Shown: piece after piece, positions 62,722 through 64,000 of the stretch
Position numbering within the stretch: position 1 is the first letter of the stretch
Layout of the letters: every line of letters starts with the position of its first letter
Assembly (NCBI GenBank): GCA_019828565.1
Contig: JAHDYR010000035.1
Location: 165,390-229,389, forward strand
Source: Carpediemonas membranifera BICM
Taxonomy: Eukaryota > Protista > Fornicata
DNA: 64,000 nucleotides
Reading direction: 5' to 3'
Made by a program: the position numbers and the translations under genes
The notes under the pieces: model-generated
The model's input: the letters and a program-made list of their open reading frames with translations, nothing else
Told to the model about the DNA's origin: nothing
Database searches by the model: none

Positions 62722-64000
62722 ATCACAGATCATCAGATCTGGTCAGACTGCGGGGCGCGCTCAGAAGTGGTGCGGTGGATTCGCGACGGCGTGCCCATCA
62801 ACATCCAGCAGGCAGCCTCAAAGCCCAGGCTTCCACCAGCACGGGCGTGCGACAAGCCGTTGTTGAGGAAGCACCTTGCGGACCTGCTCGCCTCGGGTGC
62901 GGCTGTACCTTGCCGCAGTCCGGCCCTCATCTCGCCAGTCTTCCTGGTACCGAAGGGCGAGACGGATACTCGCCTCATACACGACCTTCGCTCCCTCAAC
63001 AGCGTCACCAGCGAGGTCAGGTCGTTCCGTCTGCACGGGGTGAAGCGCCTGGTCACTCTCCTTGCCCCAGGGGACTACATGTGCCGTATAGACTTGAAGT
63101 CAGGGTACCAACAGGTAGGAATCAGACTGAAGGACCGCAAGCTGCTCGGCTTCATGATAGACGGGCGTCCATACGCTTTCCGCGTGCTTCCATTCGGCTG
63201 GTCAGCAGCACCGTTCCATTTCCAGATGATAATGCTAGAAGCTGCTCGCCTTGTTTCGGCCCGATGGAACGTCAAGATCGTCGTATATCTAGACGATTGG
63301 GCCTTTCTCGCGCCGAAAGACTACCTGACAAGCTGCATGCCGCAGATTGTGCGCTTTCTGCAAAATTTGGGCCTTATCCTGAACATCAAGAAATCCCAGC
63401 TGGACCCCGCCACTGTCACCGTCTTCCTAGGGATGCTGATCGACTCCGCGCGCAGAACGATACGTGTAGAGAGCAACAAGGCGCAGAAGTACTCTTCGCG
63501 AATTGCCGACGCCCTAGCCCGCGGCTCCTCAGCGGCCGAGTGGAAGAGACTGACAGGCAACCTGTCCTTCGCGTCATCAGCAGTCCCGGAAGGCCGCCTT
63601 TGGCTCAGGCATCTCCAGTCCTGGGAGCCCGTGGAGTCGCATCGAGTCAAGATCCCCGAGGAGCAGCGAAATGCGCTCGTCCATTGGCAGAAGCTTCTCA
63701 ACAACCATTCTCCACGTCCCCTGAAAGAGCTACTTTCCATTTGGGGCACTTCCAGCAACCTAGACGTTACGATAGCCTCAGATGCTTCGAAATTCGCGGC
63801 AGGAGCCGTCATCAGCATCGATGGAGCGAAGAAGACGATCTCTGTACCAACAAGCACCAACAAGGACCGTCATATAACGGAGCTGGAGTTCTTCGCTGCA
63901 ATGGAGGCCATCAACTTCGTGCTGCAGGAGACAGCGGTCTCGGACCGCGAGATCCGCGTATTCTCGGACTCTACGGCGGCTGTGGCGTGGCTCAACAGGC
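62722..64000 (+). CDS. RT-RNaseH of family 4, partial
   Basis: WSDCGARSEVVRWIRDGVPI, RLIHDLRSLN, IDLKSGYQQ, LPFGWSAAP, YLDD, SDAS, ITELE, FSDS; the frame is open to the window end and has no ATG at its N-terminus. Confidence 0.9.
   Translation, partial: MTDHQIWSDCGARSEVVRWIRDGVPINIQQAASKPRLPPARACDKPLLRKHLADLLASGAAVPCRSPALISPVFLVPKGETDTRLIHDLRSLNSVTSEVRSFRLHGVKRLVTLLAPGDYMCRIDLKSGYQQVGIRLKDRKLLGFMIDGRPYAFRVLPFGWSAAPFHFQMIMLEAARLVSARWNVKIVVYLDDWAFLAPKDYLTSCMPQIVRFLQNLGLILNIKKSQLDPATVTVFLGMLIDSARRTIRVESNKAQKYSSRIADALARGSSAAEWKRLTGNLSFASSAVPEGRLWLRHLQSWEPVESHRVKIPEEQRNALVHWQKLLNNHSPRPLKELLSIWGTSSNLDVTIASDASKFAAGAVISIDGAKKTISVPTSTNKDRHITELEFFAAMEAINFVLQETAVSDREIRVFSDSTAAVAWLNR

Larger units (their letters stand above)
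61850..64000 (+). mobile_element. DIRS/PAT-like YR retrotransposon, family 4 (5' part; runs off the window end; start approximate)
   Basis: Gag-like ORF followed by a DIRS-type RT and RNase H homologous to families 2 and 3. The YR itself is outside the window. Confidence 0.82.

Overview
This is gene-dense, GC-rich eukaryotic DNA, not prokaryotic. It carries kinesin-4, a full-size ABCD transporter, a TRRAP/Tra1-like PIKK and an ERGIC-53-like lectin. Two 28-nt spliceosomal introns have the branch point fused to the 3' splice site, which suggests a fornicate metamonad such as Carpediemonas (inference). Positions 3.7-44.4 kb are host genes, including a bacterial-type homospermidine synthase with an intron, an RCC1-like family, a DUF229 protein and a divergent SPFH pair, with several near-identical duplication or gene-conversion tracts. 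Positions 45-64 kb are a nested retroelement cluster around two convergent tRNA genes (Arg-CCT, Cys-GCA). Between the tRNAs lie an old solo remnant and, inserted into its B repeat, a head-to-tail dimer of a PAT-like split-direct-repeat tyrosine-recombinase (YR) retrotransposon. Beyond tRNA-Cys are two more YR families, and the first has its gag split by a very compact chromovirus with 61-bp LTRs. A fourth coding YR family at 1-3.6 kb appears to encode a single gag-RT-RNaseH-YR polyprotein with a LIDD RT motif. The frameshifts in the elements are explained by 1-bp changes in C/G runs and are probably assembly errors.
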